From: the human T2T-CHM13v2.0 reference genome, Homo sapiens
Strand: one strand, 5' to 3'
DNA: 64,000 nucleotides
Assembly (NCBI RefSeq): GCF_009914755.1
Contig: NC_060929.1
The notes under the pieces are model-generated. The model saw nothing but the letters and a program-made list of their open reading frames with translations, did not search any database and was not told the origin of the DNA. Shown here in pieces: positions 62,391 through 64,000 of this stretch (positions are counted from its first letter, which is position 1; each line of letters opens with the position of its first letter). The position numbers and the translations under genes are program-made.

Positions 62391-64000
62391 GTGAACTCCG
62401 CCACCTGTCAGAGCATTACTGTGTGAGCTCCGCCCCCTGCCAGAGCATTACTCTGTGAACACCACCTGTCAGAGCATTACCGTGTGAGCTCCGCCTGCTG
62501 CCAGAGCATTACTCTGTGAGCTCCGCCTCCTGTCAGAGCGTTACCGTGAGCTCCGCCCCGTTAGAGCATTACTGTGTGAGCTCCGCGCCCTGCCAGAGCA
62601 TTACTGTGTGAGCTCCGCCCCTGCCAGAGCATTACCTTGTGAGCTCCACCCCCTGCCAGAGCATTACTGGGTGAGCTCCACCCCCTGCCAGAGCATTACT
62701 GGGTGAGCTCCACCCCCTGCCAGAGCATTACTGTGAGCTCCGCCTCCCGACAGCATTACCGTGTGAGCTCCGCGCCCTGCCAGAGCATTACTGTGTGAGC
62801 TCCGCCCCTGCCAGAGCATTACCTTGTGAGCTCCACCCCCTGCCAGAGCATTACTGGGTGAGCTCCACCCCCTGCCAGAGCATTACTGTGTGAGCTCCGC
62901 TCCTGCCATAGCATTACTGTGAGCTCCGCCTCCCGACAGCATTACCGTGTGAGCTCCGCCCCCGTTAGAGCATTACTGTGTGAGCTCCACCCCCTGCCAG
63001 AGCATTACTGGGTGAGCTCCACCCCCTGCCAGAGCATTACCGTGAGCTCCGCCCCCTGTCAGAGCATTACTGTGAGCTCCGCCCCATGTTAGAGCATTAC
63101 TATGTGAGCTCCGCCCCCTGCCAGAGCATTACTGTGAGCTCCGCCCCCCTGTCAGAGCATTAGTGTGTGAGCTCCTCCTCCTGTCAGAGCCTTACCGTGA
63201 GCTCCGCCCCCTGCCAGAGCATTACCGTTTGAGCTCCGCCTCCTGTCAGAGCATTACTGTGAGCTCCATCTCTTGTCAGAGCATTACCGTGTGAGCTCCA
63301 CCCCCTGCCAGAGCATTACCGTGTGAGCTCCGCCCCCTGCCAGAGCATTACTGTGAGTTCCTTCTCCTCTCAGAGCCTTGCCGTGAGCTCCGCCCCCCGC
63401 CAGAGCATTACCGTGTGAGCTCCGCCTCCTGCCAGAGCATTACCGTGTGAGCTCCGCCTCCTGTCACAGCATTACCGTGTGAGCTCCGCCTCCCGCCAGA
63501 GCATTACCGTGTGAGCTCCGCCTCCTGTCACAGCATTACCGTGTGAGCTCCGCCTCCCGCCAGAGCATTACCGTGTGAGCTCCGCCTCCCGTCCGAGCAT
63601 TACCGTGTGAGCTCCGCCCCCCGCCACAGCATTACCGTGTGAGCTCCGCCTCCCGTCACAGCATTACCGTGTGAGCTCCGCCCCCTGCCAGAGCATTACT
63701 GTGAGCTCCTTCTCCTCTCAGAGCCTTGCCGTGAGCTCCGCCCCCCGCCAGAGCATTACCGTGTGAGCTCCGCCTCCTGCCAGAGCATTACCGTGTGAGC
63801 TCCGCCTCCCGTCAGAGCATTACCGTGTGAGCTCCGCCTCCCGTCACAGCATTACCGTGTGAGCTCCGCCTCCCGTCCGAGCATTACCGTGTGAGCTCCG
63901 CCTCCCGTCCGAGCATTACCGTGTGAGCTCCGCCTCCCGTCCGAGCATTACCGTGTGAGCTCCGCCTCCCGCCACAGCATTACCGTGTGAGCTCCGCCTC
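62351..64000. repeat. 30-32-bp GC-rich VNTR (GAGCATTACYGTGTGAGCTCCGCCYCCTGYCA), at least 50 copies, runs off the window
   Basis: Directly visible. The unit derives from MER1 internal sequence. Confidence 0.95.

Overview
This is human (or near-identical hominid) subtelomeric DNA, the LRRC14B-CCDC127-SDHA locus at 5p15.33, recognised from the encoded proteins. It contains the last coding exon of LRRC14B (+), the complete CCDC127 coding region (-, 260 aa, two coding exons) and the complete 15-exon SDHA gene (+, 664 aa, all introns GT-AG, catalytic residues intact). CCDC127 and SDHA share a CpG-island bidirectional promoter with four NRF1-like motifs at an exact 49-bp spacing. Mobile DNA includes a HERV-K(HML-2) LTR5 solo LTR with a 6-bp TSD inside a minisatellite, positioned to polyadenylate CCDC127. 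It also includes a 7.6-kb HERV-K(HML-3)/MER9 provirus with a 6-bp TSD in sense orientation in SDHA intron 11, old L1s, Tigger and MER1 DNA transposons, and over 20 Alus. Most large minisatellites here were amplified out of transposon sequence (L1 x3, ERV pol, MER1), and one has an 8-monomer higher-order repeat. No prokaryotic features (CRISPR etc.) and no convincingly new protein-coding system were found. The most interesting items are regulatory and structural hypotheses. Repeat subfamily names come from recalled consensus sequences, not a database search.
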